In this document: piece by piece, positions 26,975 to 38,780 of the stretch
Position numbering within the stretch: the first letter of the stretch is position 1
Layout: each line of letters opens with the position of its first letter
Source of the DNA: Haliotis rubra
Taxonomy: Eukaryota
DNA length: 64,000 nucleotides
Direction of reading: 5' to 3'
Assembly: GCF_003918875.1 (NCBI RefSeq)
Contig: NW_025765942.1
Coordinates: 1-64,000 of the forward strand
Program-made: the position numbers and the translations under genes
Notes under the pieces: generated by a model
Database searches by the model: none
Told to the model about the DNA's origin: nothing
The model's input: only the letters and a program-made list of their open reading frames with translations

Positions 26975-28912
26975 TAGGGTTAGACAACACTTACTTGTAG
27001 AGAGGAATGTCTGGCTCTCCACCATCCAGCTCTCTCAGGGTTAGACAACACTTACTTGTACAGAGGAATGTCTGGCTCTCCACCATCCAGTTCTCTCAGG
27101 GTTAGACAACACTTACTTGTAGACAGGAATGTCTGGCTCTCCACCATCCACCTCTCTCAGGGTTACTTCTTTGAGTGGCATTTTAGAAGTTGGGAAGTAC
27201 AATATAGAACAAACTTTATGGATAACAACTTCTTTTTATTCGTGAGTACTCACGAATAAAAAAGTTGTTATCCATAAAATTGTTCATCTCAAGGTCGACA
27301 ACACTTGCTTGTGGAGCAGAGATGTCCAGCTCTCCACCATCCAGCTCTCTCAGGGTTAGACAACACTTACTTGTGAACAGGAATGTCTGGCTCTCCACCA
27401 TCCAGCTCTCTCTGGGGTAAGATAACTTGCACGCACTTGTGGACAGGAATGTCTGGCCCCTCCACTATCCAGCTCTCAGGGTTAGACAACCTTGCAGTTT
27501 GTAGACAGAATGTCTGGCTCTCCCACCATCCAGCTCTCTCAGGGTTAGACAACACTTACTTGTAGACAGGAATGTCTGGCTCTCCACCATCCAGCTCTCT
27601 CAGGGGTTAGACAATACTTACTTGTAGACAGGAATGTCTGGCTCTCCACCATCAGCTCTCTCAGGGTTGGGCAACACTTACTTGTAGACAGGAATGTCTG
27701 GCTCTCCACCATCCAGCTCTCTCAGGGTTAGACAACACTTACTTGTAGCCAGGAATGTCTGGCTCTCCACCATCCAGCCTCTCTCAGGGTTAGACAGCAC
27801 TTACTTGCAGACGAGTCTGTCTCTCCACCATCCAACTCTCTCAGGGTTAGACAACACTTACTTGTAGACAGGAATGTTTGTCTCTCCACCATCCAGCTCT
27901 CAGGGTTAGACAACACTTACTTGTAGACAGGAATGTCCGTCTCTCCACCATCCAGCTCTCTCAGGGTAAGATAACACTAATTGCCCTCACTTGTAGGCAG
28001 GAATGTCTGGCTCTCCACCATCCAGCTCTCTCAGGGTTGAACAACTTGCACTTACTTGTAGACAGGAATGTCCGGCTCTCCACCATCCAGCTCTCTCAGG
28101 GTTGACACCCAGCACTTACTTGGAACAGGAATGTCTGGCACTGCCACCATCCAGCTCTCTCAGGGTTAGACAACACTTACTTATAGACAGGAATGTCTGG
28201 CCCTCACCATCCAGCTCTCAGGGTTAGACAACACTTACTAGTAGACAGGAATGTCTGGCACTCCAGTTGTCAGCCAGCTCTCAGGGTTGGACAACTTGCT
28301 TACTTGTAGACAGAATGTCTGGCTCTCCACCATCCAGCTCTCTGGGGACAGACAGCACTTACTTGTGAACAGGAATGTCTGGCTCTGTCACCATCCAGCT
28401 CTCTCAGGGTTAGACAACACTTACTAGTAGACAGGAATGTCTGGCACTCCCACCATCCAAGCTCTCTCTCAGAGGTTGGAACAACACTTGCTTGTAGACA
28501 GGAATGTCACAATACTCCACCATCCCAGCTCTCTCAGAGTTTAGACAACTTACTTGCAGGCAGAATGTCAGGCTCTCCACCATCCAGCTCTCAGGTTAGA
28601 CAACACTGCTTATGAGACAGGAATGTCTGGCTCTCCACCATCCAGCTCTCTCAGGGTTAGACAACACTTACTTGTAGACAGGAATCCATCTGGCTCTCCA
28701 CCATCCAGCTCTCAGGGTTAGACAACCTTACTTGTAGACAGGAATGTCTGGCTCTCCACCATCCAGCTCTCTCAGGGTTAGACAGCACTTACTTGTGGAC
28801 AGAATGTCACAGGCTCTCCACCATCCAGCTCTCTCAGGGGTTTAAGAACAACACTTGCTTAGTAGACAGGAATGTCTGGCTCTCCACCATCCAGCTCTCT
28901 CAGGGTTAGACA
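26975..28912 (-). repeat. 61-bp tandem array, ~30 copies, each being the last 53 nt of a Drosha exon plus GTAAGTGT
   Basis: Unit (- strand): TGTCTAACCCTGAGAGAGCTGGATGGTGGAGAGCCAGACATTCCTGTCTACAA|GTAAGTGT, encoding CLTLRELDGGEPDIPVYK. Confidence 0.95.
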
Positions 28913-28966
28913 AGACTGTTGTAACTGAGACTTGGGGTCATTCCAGTCCTGATTCATGATGAACAT
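28859..28966 (-). CDS. DROSHA: Drosha exon, start of dsRBD: MFIMNQDWNDPKSQLQQSCLTLRELDGGEPDIPVY(K)
   Basis: Acceptor tctcttccag| at 28967. The peptide matches Drosha FILNQDWNDPKSQLQQCCLTLR..EPDIPLYK. As assembled it has one extra base at ~28861 and a GC donor; the array consensus is TACAA|GTAAGT. Confidence 0.95.
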   Translation of the reverse strand: MFIMNQDWNDPKSQLQQSCLTLRELDGGEPDIPVY

Positions 28967-29007
28967 CTGGAAGAGACATTTGTGTTGGTTGACATCATAT
29001 CTAATTT

Positions 29008-29950
29008 ACAACCTCTGGATGAGACAAATCTCACTTACAACCTCTGGATGAGATATGTCTAACTAACAACCTCTGGATGAGATATATCTCACTTACAACC
29101 CCTGGATGAGATATATAGAGAATACTACACTCGGTCTCATTACATACCAATTATACGAAACGAGTGTCCTTCTATGGTGTCTGATACGGCGAAGCGAGAG
29201 TCGAATATCTAGATGAAAGGTCTGGGATTTCGTGTTTGGATGTAATGAGACCGAGATTTGATATTATTTATTACCCACGTCTTACATGCATTTAGAATTG
29301 ACAAAATAGCGTACTTGCGTTATGTTTTGGTTTCAAACCGAAACCGGTTTCAATAAAAGAGGTTGCGGAAGAGTTTTTGTACTGTAGTACAACATTTGCA
29401 TGACGTCACACTGTAATGGCGTCCCTGCCATGGTAACCGACGTCACGATGCATGTCAGTTGTCATCGCCTCGTGCAGCCTCCTACAGTGGCTACCCGTAG
29501 CACCTCGTTTATTGGTTTCCAGTTGCTTCATTTTGGCTAACATCACTGGTGGAAACATTGCGTTTATGTTTTCGACGGATATAATGTCTCCAGTTCGGCT
29601 CACAATTAACAGCGTTGTAAAGCAAAGTTCCGCGATGTTTACATTCTCACAATGCATTTAAGTTGTAGAATGAATGAATTCACGTGTTTGATAGCTACGT
29701 CAGAATGTGACCTAATTGCGAGGTCATGGGTTATCCAATCAAATAGTTAGAATTTCAGGTCAAGTCATTACGACACAGGTCAACGGGATACGACAATCGC
29801 GTGACGTACGAGATTAGTATGCAACTTCCCATACGTTGACCACGTGGGTAATAAATCTCACTTACACCCTCTGGATGAGACATAGTTCACCAACAACTGG
29901 TTGAGACATATCTCACCTACAACCTCTGGATGAGACATATCTAACTTACA
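29008..29950. repeat. ~29-bp repeats (ACAACCTCTGGATGAGATATATCTCACTT) interrupted by an inserted element
   Basis: Units at 29008-29115 and 29856-29950. Confidence 0.8.
29116..29855. mobile_element. Non-autonomous DNA element with two pairs of inverted repeats
   Basis: TTTATTACCCACGT (29267-29280) / ACGTGGGTAATAAA (29842-29855), and CTCGGTCTCATTACA (29130) / TGTAATGAGACCGAG (29241). It interrupts the 29-bp repeat. Confidence 0.6.
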
Positions 29951-30512
29951 TGAATATATTTCCTGATAAATACTAAGACTACTGCCAGATGCACCTTATC
30001 TTCATGTTTGTATAACCGTTGTGAAGAGACTGATCCGTGCAAGGTAACGCAGTTAAAGACAGTGAGTAAGTGCGGGTTGACGCCCTGTCTGATAGCATGG
30101 CTGTGTTGACTGTAGACTGGCCTCATGTATACAGGTATATCAGATACACAGGGCTACTGAGAATCTGGATACCTAGAACATAACATAGTGCTGACTGTTG
30201 ACACAGACACGCCCATAATGTGTGCATCAGAGACGATATTTAGTGTACTAGTGCGTGGTGTAAGTGCATCCCATGCCTTGTGTTTAGGGGTGTTGATAAA
30301 CAGAAATGGTAGTGCGTTCATACGATGTCTGTCTTTGAAACGTTTGTTAACTCTTATACTTCCTATCCAAAGCGAAAGTTCAGGTTCCCGTGTATATTTA
30401 ACAGTATATTACACTACCTCAAAACTGAACTGTTACCAAATGCAGTTTAGCGAACTTAACGCAGCATTTCCGAGTGTAATATAAGGGAGATAAGACTAGG
30501 TGGAGGTATATT

Positions 30513-32813
30513 AATTTTATTAATGTCTGTCTTATACCGAGAACAATTAGACATATGTCGGAGTGCCGTGCTAGAGGTACTCTTGTTGTACCAGAGTGCC
30601 GTGCTAGAGGTACTCTTGTTGTACCAGAGTGGTATTCTTCCTGTTTTTGGCCTCTGTTAGCAGTAGGGAATGCCTATATCACACAAGTGAAGTGGTGGGT
30701 ATATCTCCCCAGAGCTAAGGAATGCTATGTAGCTTCCAGATTGAGGGGTGGATTGTTTGGAGGGAAAGATCTGCATTTCAATATGTTAGCTTTGCGTGTT
30801 GATTTCAGTGCATGCTAATTGTTTCATTCTGTTCACAGATGATGCCGGAGGGTGTTCGTAAGCTAGCGGCTGGTTTGCCGGAGTTGTTGTCCCATTGTAG
30901 AGCCGACTCTACTACCAGGAAGTACCGGTATGGGTTTGAGGCATGGGAAAGGTGGGCAGATTCATTTTCTATGAACAATAAGTTACCGATATCACCTTTG
31001 CATTGTTCTTTGTATCTACTGTCAGTAATTCAGCAAAGTGAATCTTATGCTGCGGTGCAAGCAGCATTTTATAGTATCAGGCATGCACATGTCAGTGTAG
31101 GCATTGAAAACCCAACAGATAGTTCTCTGGTTAGAAATGTATTGGAAGCTGCTAAACGGAAGCTAGCAAAGTCAGTTTCAAAAAGAACCGGTTACTATTG
31201 AGTTACTGGAGAAAGTGTATGATACTAACATGTGCCAACCTTCTTTGGCTGATTTGAGAATTGTTACGATGTGTTTGCTAGCATATGCGGGTTTGAGGTC
31301 AAGCAGAACTCTTAAATATTTCCAGATGTGATGTTGTTTTTATGATACTCATATGATGCTCTTTATGGGAACAGTCTAAGACCGATATTGTATAGAGACG
31401 GTTCTTGGCTGGTCATAAGCAGGAACAAACTCAAATTGTGTGTCCAAGTATCTTGTTTACTGAAATATCTGGACTATGCTAACATTCAACCAGAGTCAGA
31501 TATGAGTTTGTGTTAAGAAATTTATCAAGACCAAATCCGGCTACTCGTTAAGAAAAAGGCAATACTCAATGTCATTACACAAGGTTACGAGAACTATTTC
31601 TAGAGACATTCAAGCCGTTTGTCAAGGACATTAAAATGTACGGTTTGCACAGTCTCCGTAGTGGGGAGCGTCTGCTGCAGCAAATAACGGTGTTCCCGGA
31701 CGGTGTTCAAACGACATGGAAGGTGGAAAAGTGAGAACGCAAAAGATGGATACGTTGAGGATAGTTTGAATAATCGTCTACAAGTGTCATTGTCACTAGG
31801 GCTCTGAACACCGACTCTTTGAACCTCTTGCTATGTTATACAAATACAGCCAGTCCAAGTATTTATGATGTTGTGTTGTCTGTATACTTTGTGGAAGAGT
31901 GTAGGAGGAGAAATATAGTTTTCCTCGTTTGAAGAATGAATCAAAGGAAACTGATTTCTCCTAAGGGAGTAAGAGGTATCAAAGGCATGTAATCTAGGGG
32001 CGCTTAGTGGTCCTAGAGGGGGTATATAAGGCTGAGGTATTCAATGATTTGACTCCTCTCGGCTGTCGTACAGTACCATACAGGTGTCTTTTTTGTTAAA
32101 TCATTAATGTATTTAGTATTATCTATATGAAGCTTTGTTTTGTGTTTCGGGTGATTTTTCTGCAATGAATGTTGTGTTGCCAGCACAGTTACGATTGCAT
32201 TCAGAGTGATAACACCGCATATGGGGAGCTGTCCGTTTGCGGAAGAGTTTTAGTCGTTATGGCTGGTGCCGTATATGGCGATGTGAATTTATGCCGTTTA
32301 TGGTCTGTGTGATGCGTATGTGCTGATGTTGTATATGGAACGAGCCGTCTTGGCTAGTGCCGTTTATGGCGGTTTATGTTGATATCGTTCACGGAATGTG
32401 TCACAGCTGTGTTTGAGTGAATTGTTCAATTCTCGTGCCGCATATGGCTTCATTGGGTATTGGTAGATATATTATGACATTGGTCTGTTGTATATGTATG
32501 AAACTGCTTATGGATCTGTCATAGTTAGATTATGTGTTAATGTACATATGTATTCTAGTAATCCAGTTTTTCACTGATGACTGTAAACTCCCCAGTTAGG
32601 AGCTGTTGCATGCGTAGGGAGAACACGTTTCCAGAGTTTTTCTCATAACAGAGTTGTTATCTCTGGTTTTGCGTGTAGGGCACAGTTCTAATGTGTAATT
32701 GTGGCTTGTTGTCGGAATGTTATGTATGGTACTGCTATGTTATACAAATACAGCCAGTCCAAGTATTTATGATGTTGTGTTGTCTGTATACTTGTGGAAG
32801 GGGTGTAGGAGCA
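30513..32813 (+). mobile_element. 5'-truncated DIRS-order (Ngaro/PAT-like) tyrosine-recombinase retrotransposon
   Basis: The empty site GGTGGAGGTATATT(TTT)AGACTGGTTTG is present in the paralogous units (e.g. ~55316-55343). Contains the end of the pol ORF (LIPRTIRHMSECRARGTLVVPEWYSSCFWPLL), a YR ORF, a ~70-bp direct repeat at 31830-31897 and 32734-32799, and TATATAA at ~32023. Confidence 0.85.
30839..31807 (+). pseudogene. Tyrosine recombinase of the DIRS-order element (multiple frameshifts)
   Basis: RADSTTRKY (SAM-like N-terminus), CLLAYAG-LRS, SKTD..RDG, YGLHSLRSGGASAAANNGV, KRHGRWKSENAKDGYVED: catalytic R-K-HxxR-H/W-Y pattern. TGA at 31805-31807. Confidence 0.9.
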
Positions 32814-34094
32814 GACTGGTTTGTTTGTCGTAGAGCGCATGCACCTTACCGCTGCTGGGACTTTAGGTCACACAACACCAAATGTTTTCCCATAGACTTC
32901 TATAGTAAAGTTATATACTTTTTAAAAAATCATCCAGGCTGTCAACAGCCATTCCATGTACATATGTGTTCAGTCTGAACTTTAAACTACAGACAAACCC
33001 CACAAATCCCGGCTTACTTGACGTGCTAATTTTCCCAGCACAGGAAGCTGAAACACATCAACCCCAATTCTGCACCAAATGTCGCCTACATGAAAATATC
33101 TATACACACAATAAGCATAAATCGTGGTGATAAAAATGACAGCACTAAATACTTAATATTATTATAGGTTTCTGTTGCTGGATGTAAGTGCTTTTAAAAA
33201 CCATAAAAATCTTACACTATTTCTTAATTCCACAGCTCTCACATGTTTCTATCTCTTCAGATGTTTACATACGGTACTCGCTCAGGGCGCATGTCCTTCT
33301 CATTTAGTGTAGTGGAACCTGTAAGGACAGGGTACAGGTCTAGCTATGTCGTCTGCTGTCAACATATCCGTGAAGTCTGTTGTGACTATATCCGTGAAAC
33401 TGTTAGGGAACGATACTGAAAACAACATTATTTTCACGGATCACCCTGTATATATGTGACCGTGACCGCATGTCTGTTTGCACGGGTTAAACCTGAACTT
33501 CAGTCACTGTCTTCCACAGTACGTATACGTTACACACACATGCTCAATTCATTCTTAAAGAGAGACACTAAACTCAAGATGAAGAAAACATTGTAAGTCT
33601 TTAATGCTTCATTAGGCTAACACCTTCATAGTATATCTCATGTTTACACCTTGTCAAATGATGATCCGTGAAGCATGAGGCCATGTTTACAATTTACGGA
33701 ACTGAAAGTCTCTGAATGGCTTTGACATTACGTCACATTACATGATAACATACCTGTGACAGATACAAAAGTAGTCCCCTTTGTAGTTTTGAGTGTCTCT
33801 AAGAGTGGTTGGGGATGTTCAATACATTCAACTACAGCTTTAAGACAAAGTCTCTGCAACCCCAGAATCCGGAAAGTGTATCAATATTTTGAACAAGGTC
33901 CACGGATCAGTTCACGGATCAGTTATAAATAGCATTACAATGTTAACGTGTTTCTTGTTTCGTATGCATGTCATTATAACAATAGATCCGCCGATTCAAA
34001 CAATCCGTTCTACCCTACATAACGTAGAGATATATCAGAGTTTGCCAGTGCATCTATCGTTGTGGGAGAGAGCGCACTTCGAGGCGCTGTGCTC

Positions 34095-34977
34095 ATGGCA
34101 GGTCGAAGATGGAACAAGTTGGCAACCTTCAGAGGAATATGTCACAGCATGAAGAAGAAGCTGTGCTGCTGTGGTTGGCCAGGATATCAGGTAGGTGGCT
34201 CCAACTGCCCTTCAGATATACTTAATCTACCATGGTCCTACTTGCTTCCTCCCTTCCTTTCACCCTACCCTCCTTTCTCCTTAAGTCCTCTATCACATTA
34301 GCATCCTCAAATTGAGTTGACACATTCATAATATTCATAGTAAAGAGTTGACCTATGATGGCATGTGAAGTTACCAATCAAATTCCATTCACACTTGGAA
34401 TTCACATTCTCAGGGGAAAGAAATCTATGTTATTGATGACTTCATAATTTTAAGACTCACGCATACTATCACAGTGCGGGCGGTGGGGTAGCCTAGAATA
34501 AATTTCTCATAGAAGGTGAACGTTAGAATATATTCCGCATAGTAGATGAATAAGAATATGATATATTTGGCGTAAATTACACAATTCTTTGTACTCGTCG
34601 TGTCATATGTTGAATTTGCTGTTTTCCCCTGTCCTCAGTTGGTGCCACCAGACGAGGACTGGAAGGACGAGGACCGCCTGACAGAAGATGAAAGAAGGTC
34701 GTGTGTGTCAGAGAGGACCCTGTTCCTGGTGTCTCAACACGTGGGCGGGGGTTTCCAGATGCTGGGTCTGAGACTGGGGCTTCCCTACGTTAGTGTGGAG
34801 AGGTTCACGCTGTCACAGTCATCGCCTCAGATGCAGATATTCGCCATGCTGAACACGTGGAGACAGCGGAAGGGAAGACGGGCAACTGTTGAAGTCCTGG
34901 TTCAAGCCCTATCTGACAGCATGTCGGTCTGCACGGTGGACATGCCTCATGTCTACAGGGTGATCCGTGAAATGTAA
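34095..34977 (+). CDS. Death-domain-only protein copy 1 (exons 34095-34190, 34639-34977), open frame
   Basis: MAGRRWNKLATFRGICHSMKKKLCCCGWPGYQ|LVPPDEDW...LFLVSQHVGGGFQMLGLRLGLPYVSVERF..QMQIFAMLNTWRQRKGRRATVEVLVQAL: death-fold pattern. CAG|GTAGGT..cctcag| is phase 0. Start codon uncertain. Confidence 0.8.
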
Positions 34978-35240
34978 CAATGTGTGTCACCATATACATC
35001 CACGTACAGCAAGCAGCTCTCTGGGACTTATGACATACTTAAATATATTTCAAGTTCACTGCAGTTTTGCGAGATGTTGTTGAGAAGTATCAGTAATCTG
35101 CCACTATTTTCATTGTAATATTTCAGTAATGTCGATGCGTCCCTCCCATGATGTCTTGGACTCCGTGTAAACGTGGGATATTTTATGAAGGTGTTGACCT
35201 AATAAAGTCTTACAATGTTCTGTTTTGTGTCTATTCTTTA

Positions 35241-35418
35241 AGTGAGTGAATGAGTGAGTGAGTGTGTATGCTTTTAGGTCGCATTTAGCAATATTTGAGC
35301 AATATCACGGTGGAGGACACCAGAAACAGGCTTCACATATTGTACCCATGTAGGGAATCGAACCCGGGTCTTTGGCATGACGAGCCAACACTTTAACCAC
35401 GAGGCTACCCCATCGCCC
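35241..35418 (-). mobile_element. tRNA-derived SINE family B (paralogous copies at ~48380-48535, 53050-53210, 57747-57915; fragment at 42672-42750)
   Basis: GGGAATCGAACCCGGG (B box, reverse) and (GAGT)n tail. Confidence 0.85.
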
Positions 35419-36623
35419 TTTCTCTTTAAGAATGAATAAAGCATGTGGGTGTAACGTACTGTTTAAGACAGTGAATAAAGTTTAGGTTTAACCCGTACAA
35501 GCAGATATGCAGTCACATGCCGCATGTACACTGGTTGGTCCGTGAAATGTAACATTACTAGAGACAGACACTACGACATATGACTCCCTGAATATATAAT
35601 TACATGTATGAACGACAAGTTTCCTTAATGTTGATCGCATTTGTATGTTACTTTGGTGAGAAAGATTACCCAAATCATTACTTTCTTCGATTGTAAACAG
35701 TCTTTATCTATCCCTGCTATGATTCAAAACCTTTACACTTTGATTTTTTTATGTATCCACTGGATGTTTGTGAATATATTTCCTAATAAAAACTTAAGAC
35801 TACTGCCAGATGCACGTCTTAACTTCATTTTGTATAACCGTTGTGGAGAATGATCCGTGCAAGGTAACGCAGTTAAAGACAGTGAATAAGTGCGGGTTCA
35901 CGCCCTGTCTGATAGCATGGCTGTGTTCACTGTAGACTGGCCTCGTAATACATACAGGTATATCAGATACACAGGGCTACTGAGAATCTGGATACCTAGA
36001 ACATGATGATGTAGTGAATATGTCGCGTCATACTTCACAAGCCCGTTATAATTACTCCATTGTTGTCATTTAACTGTTACAAAGGAGCTTACTGTTTTTT
36101 AATTTGTTCTAGTTAAGTAAGAGTCAACATTTTTCTTGTTATACATATCTTTTAGTCACTCTACTTTGAAATCTCGAAATTCGGATAACAACTCTGTTAT
36201 GAATGTTTCATTTTGAAGCAGCAGTCAGTGGAGCTTTGGCAGTCATTACAGACACTTTGGTTGTGGACAGATGTACACGCATAGATTTCTGCTCCCCTCC
36301 TCCCTTTCCCTTCTTCCAACACACACGCCCGAATATAGAAAGTGCACGTACACACACACACACACACGCACGTACACACACACGCGCGCGCACGTCCGCA
36401 CACGCACAACGCAGAGACTGGGACGCCATGTTATATGTCCCATTTTACGTATCATGAACACTGTGCATTGCTATTTGGCGGAATGGGAAGGTATCCGTGA
36501 AATGTAACACTCGTAATCAGATTGCTGTTTCTAAATGGTAAGCGCCAGTTGACATTGTGACTGTATTTAAAACTGTTCGTCATGGTGACCATAATGACAC
36601 ACACTTGTCTATAAAGCTATCTG

Positions 36624-36850
36624 CCCGTGAAGATCCGGATTATAATTGATCTTCATTAACACATGCTCGTCCTAAAAGGCGACTAACGGGATCGGGTGGT
36701 GAGGCTCGCTGACTGGGTTGACCCATGCCATCGGTTCCCAACTTCGTAGATCGATGCTCATGCTGCTGATCACTGGATTGTCTGGTACTGACTGAATTAT
36801 GGCTGGAATATTGCAATATTGCTGAGTGCGGCGTAAAACTTAACTCACTC
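36624..36850 (+). mobile_element. SINE family A (paralogous copies at ~49702-49941 and 54383-54623; partial at 40731-40875 and 59090-59230)
   Basis: CCCGTGAAGATCCGG...GGCGACTAACGGGATCGGGTGG...AATATTGCTGAGTGCGGCGTAAAAC..ACTCACTC. Confidence 0.85.
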
Positions 36851-38780
36851 TCTGTGTGAACCTGCTGAAGCTCGATAAGGGAGCGAAGCCAAACCTCCGT
36901 TAAAGCGCAGCATTGTAATAAGCTTTAGATAGTCGCCGTTCCACTCGTGTGTTCTTTTGTTTGCAAATAATAATTATGCTGTCGACACAGACGATTGCTC
37001 AGTACACTGCTTGTCTAGTTTAAAATGTATCGAAAATACGTTTTCAGTGTTAGGTGCGTTTATACAATATTTATAAGAAATAAATTAAACTAAAACAGAG
37101 AACTGACTTGTGGACATATTAATGGCGGTGACAGATTGAGCATAGCGTGAGATACTTTAGTTGAAGAAAGACAAGTTGTTTGAATTACATTCTTTACAGT
37201 TTAAACCTACTATACAAATGTTGGCATAACATAGTGCTTACTGTTGACACAGACACGTCCATAATGTGTGCATCAGAGACCATATTTATGGTGCTAGTGC
37301 ATTATGTAAGTGCATCCCATGCATTGTGTTTAGGGGTGGTGATAAACAGAAATGGTGGTGCGTTCATACGATGTCTGTCTTTGAAACGTTTGTTAACGCT
37401 TATACTTCCTATCCAAAGTGAAAGTTCAGGTTCCCGTGTATATTTAACAGTATATTACACTACCTCAAAAGCGGAACTGTTAACAAATGTAGTTTAGCGA
37501 ACTTAACCGAGCATTTCCGATTGTAATACAAGGGAGATAACACTAGGTGGAGGTATATCATTAGACTGGTTTGCCTGTCGTAGAGCACGTGCACCTTACC
37601 GCTGCTGGGACTTTGGGTCACACAACACCAAATGTTTTCCCATAGACTTCTATAGTAAAGTTGTATATTTCTTTAAATCATCCAGGCTGTCAACAGCCAT
37701 TCCATGTACATATGTGTACAGTCTGGACTTTAAACTACAGTACAAAAGCCACAAATCCCGGCTAAGTTATCGTGCTAATTTTCCCAGCACAGGAAGCTGA
37801 ACACATCAACCCCATTTCTCCACCAAATATCGCCTGCATGAAATGTCTGTACACTGAAATAAGCATAAGTCGTGGTGATAAAATGACAGCACTAAATACT
37901 TAATATTATTATAGGTTTTAATTGCTGGATGGATGTGCTTTTCAAAAACCATAAAATCTTACACTATTTCATCCAACCACAGCTCTCACATGTCTCTATC
38001 TCTTCAAATGTTTACATACGGTACTCGCTCAGGCGCATGTCCTTCCTTCATTTAGTTAATAGTGGAACCTTTAGGACAGGGTGCAGGTCTAGCTATGTCG
38101 TCTGCTGTCAACATATCCGTGAAGTCTGTTCGTGACTATATCCATTGAAACTGTTAGGGGAACGATACTGAAAACAACATTATTTTCACGGATCACCCTG
38201 TATACATGTGACCGTTACCGCATGTCTGTTTGCACGGGTTAAACCTGAACTTCAGTCACTGTCTTCCACAGTACGTGTACGTTACACACATGCTTCATTC
38301 ATTCTTAAAGAGAGACACTAAACTCAAGATGAAGAAAACATTGTAAGTCTTTAAAGCTTCATTAGGCTAACCCCTTCATAGTATATCTCATGTTTACACC
38401 TTGTCAAATGATGATCCGTGAAGCATGAGGCCATGTTTACAATTTACGGAACTGAAAGTCTCTGAATGGCTTTGACATTACTTTACATTACATGATAACA
38501 TATCTGTGACAAATACAAAAGTAGTCCCCTTTGTAGTTTTGAGTTTCTTAAGTGTGTTTGGGGATGTTCAATACGTTTAACTACAGCGTTCAGACAAAGT
38601 CTCTGCAACCCCAGAATCCGGAAAGTGTATCAATATTAGGAAAAAGGTCCACGGAACAGTCCACGGATCAGGTATAAATAGCATTACAATGTTAACGTGT
38701 TTCTAGTTTCGTATGCAAGTCATTATAACAATAGATCCGCAGATTCAAACAATCCGTTCTACCCTACATAACGTAGAGAT

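Noticed and set aside
30188-30484. ORF MLTVDTDTPIMCASE... recurring in several units (also 37180, 50322, 55005)
   Set aside because: Recurrence is explained by recent duplication; stops differ between copies and there is no recognisable domain or splice support.
36345-36410. Alternating purine-pyrimidine (CA/CG)n tract and overlapping ORFs in each unit
   Set aside because: Ordinary microsatellite; the ORFs are low-complexity artefacts.
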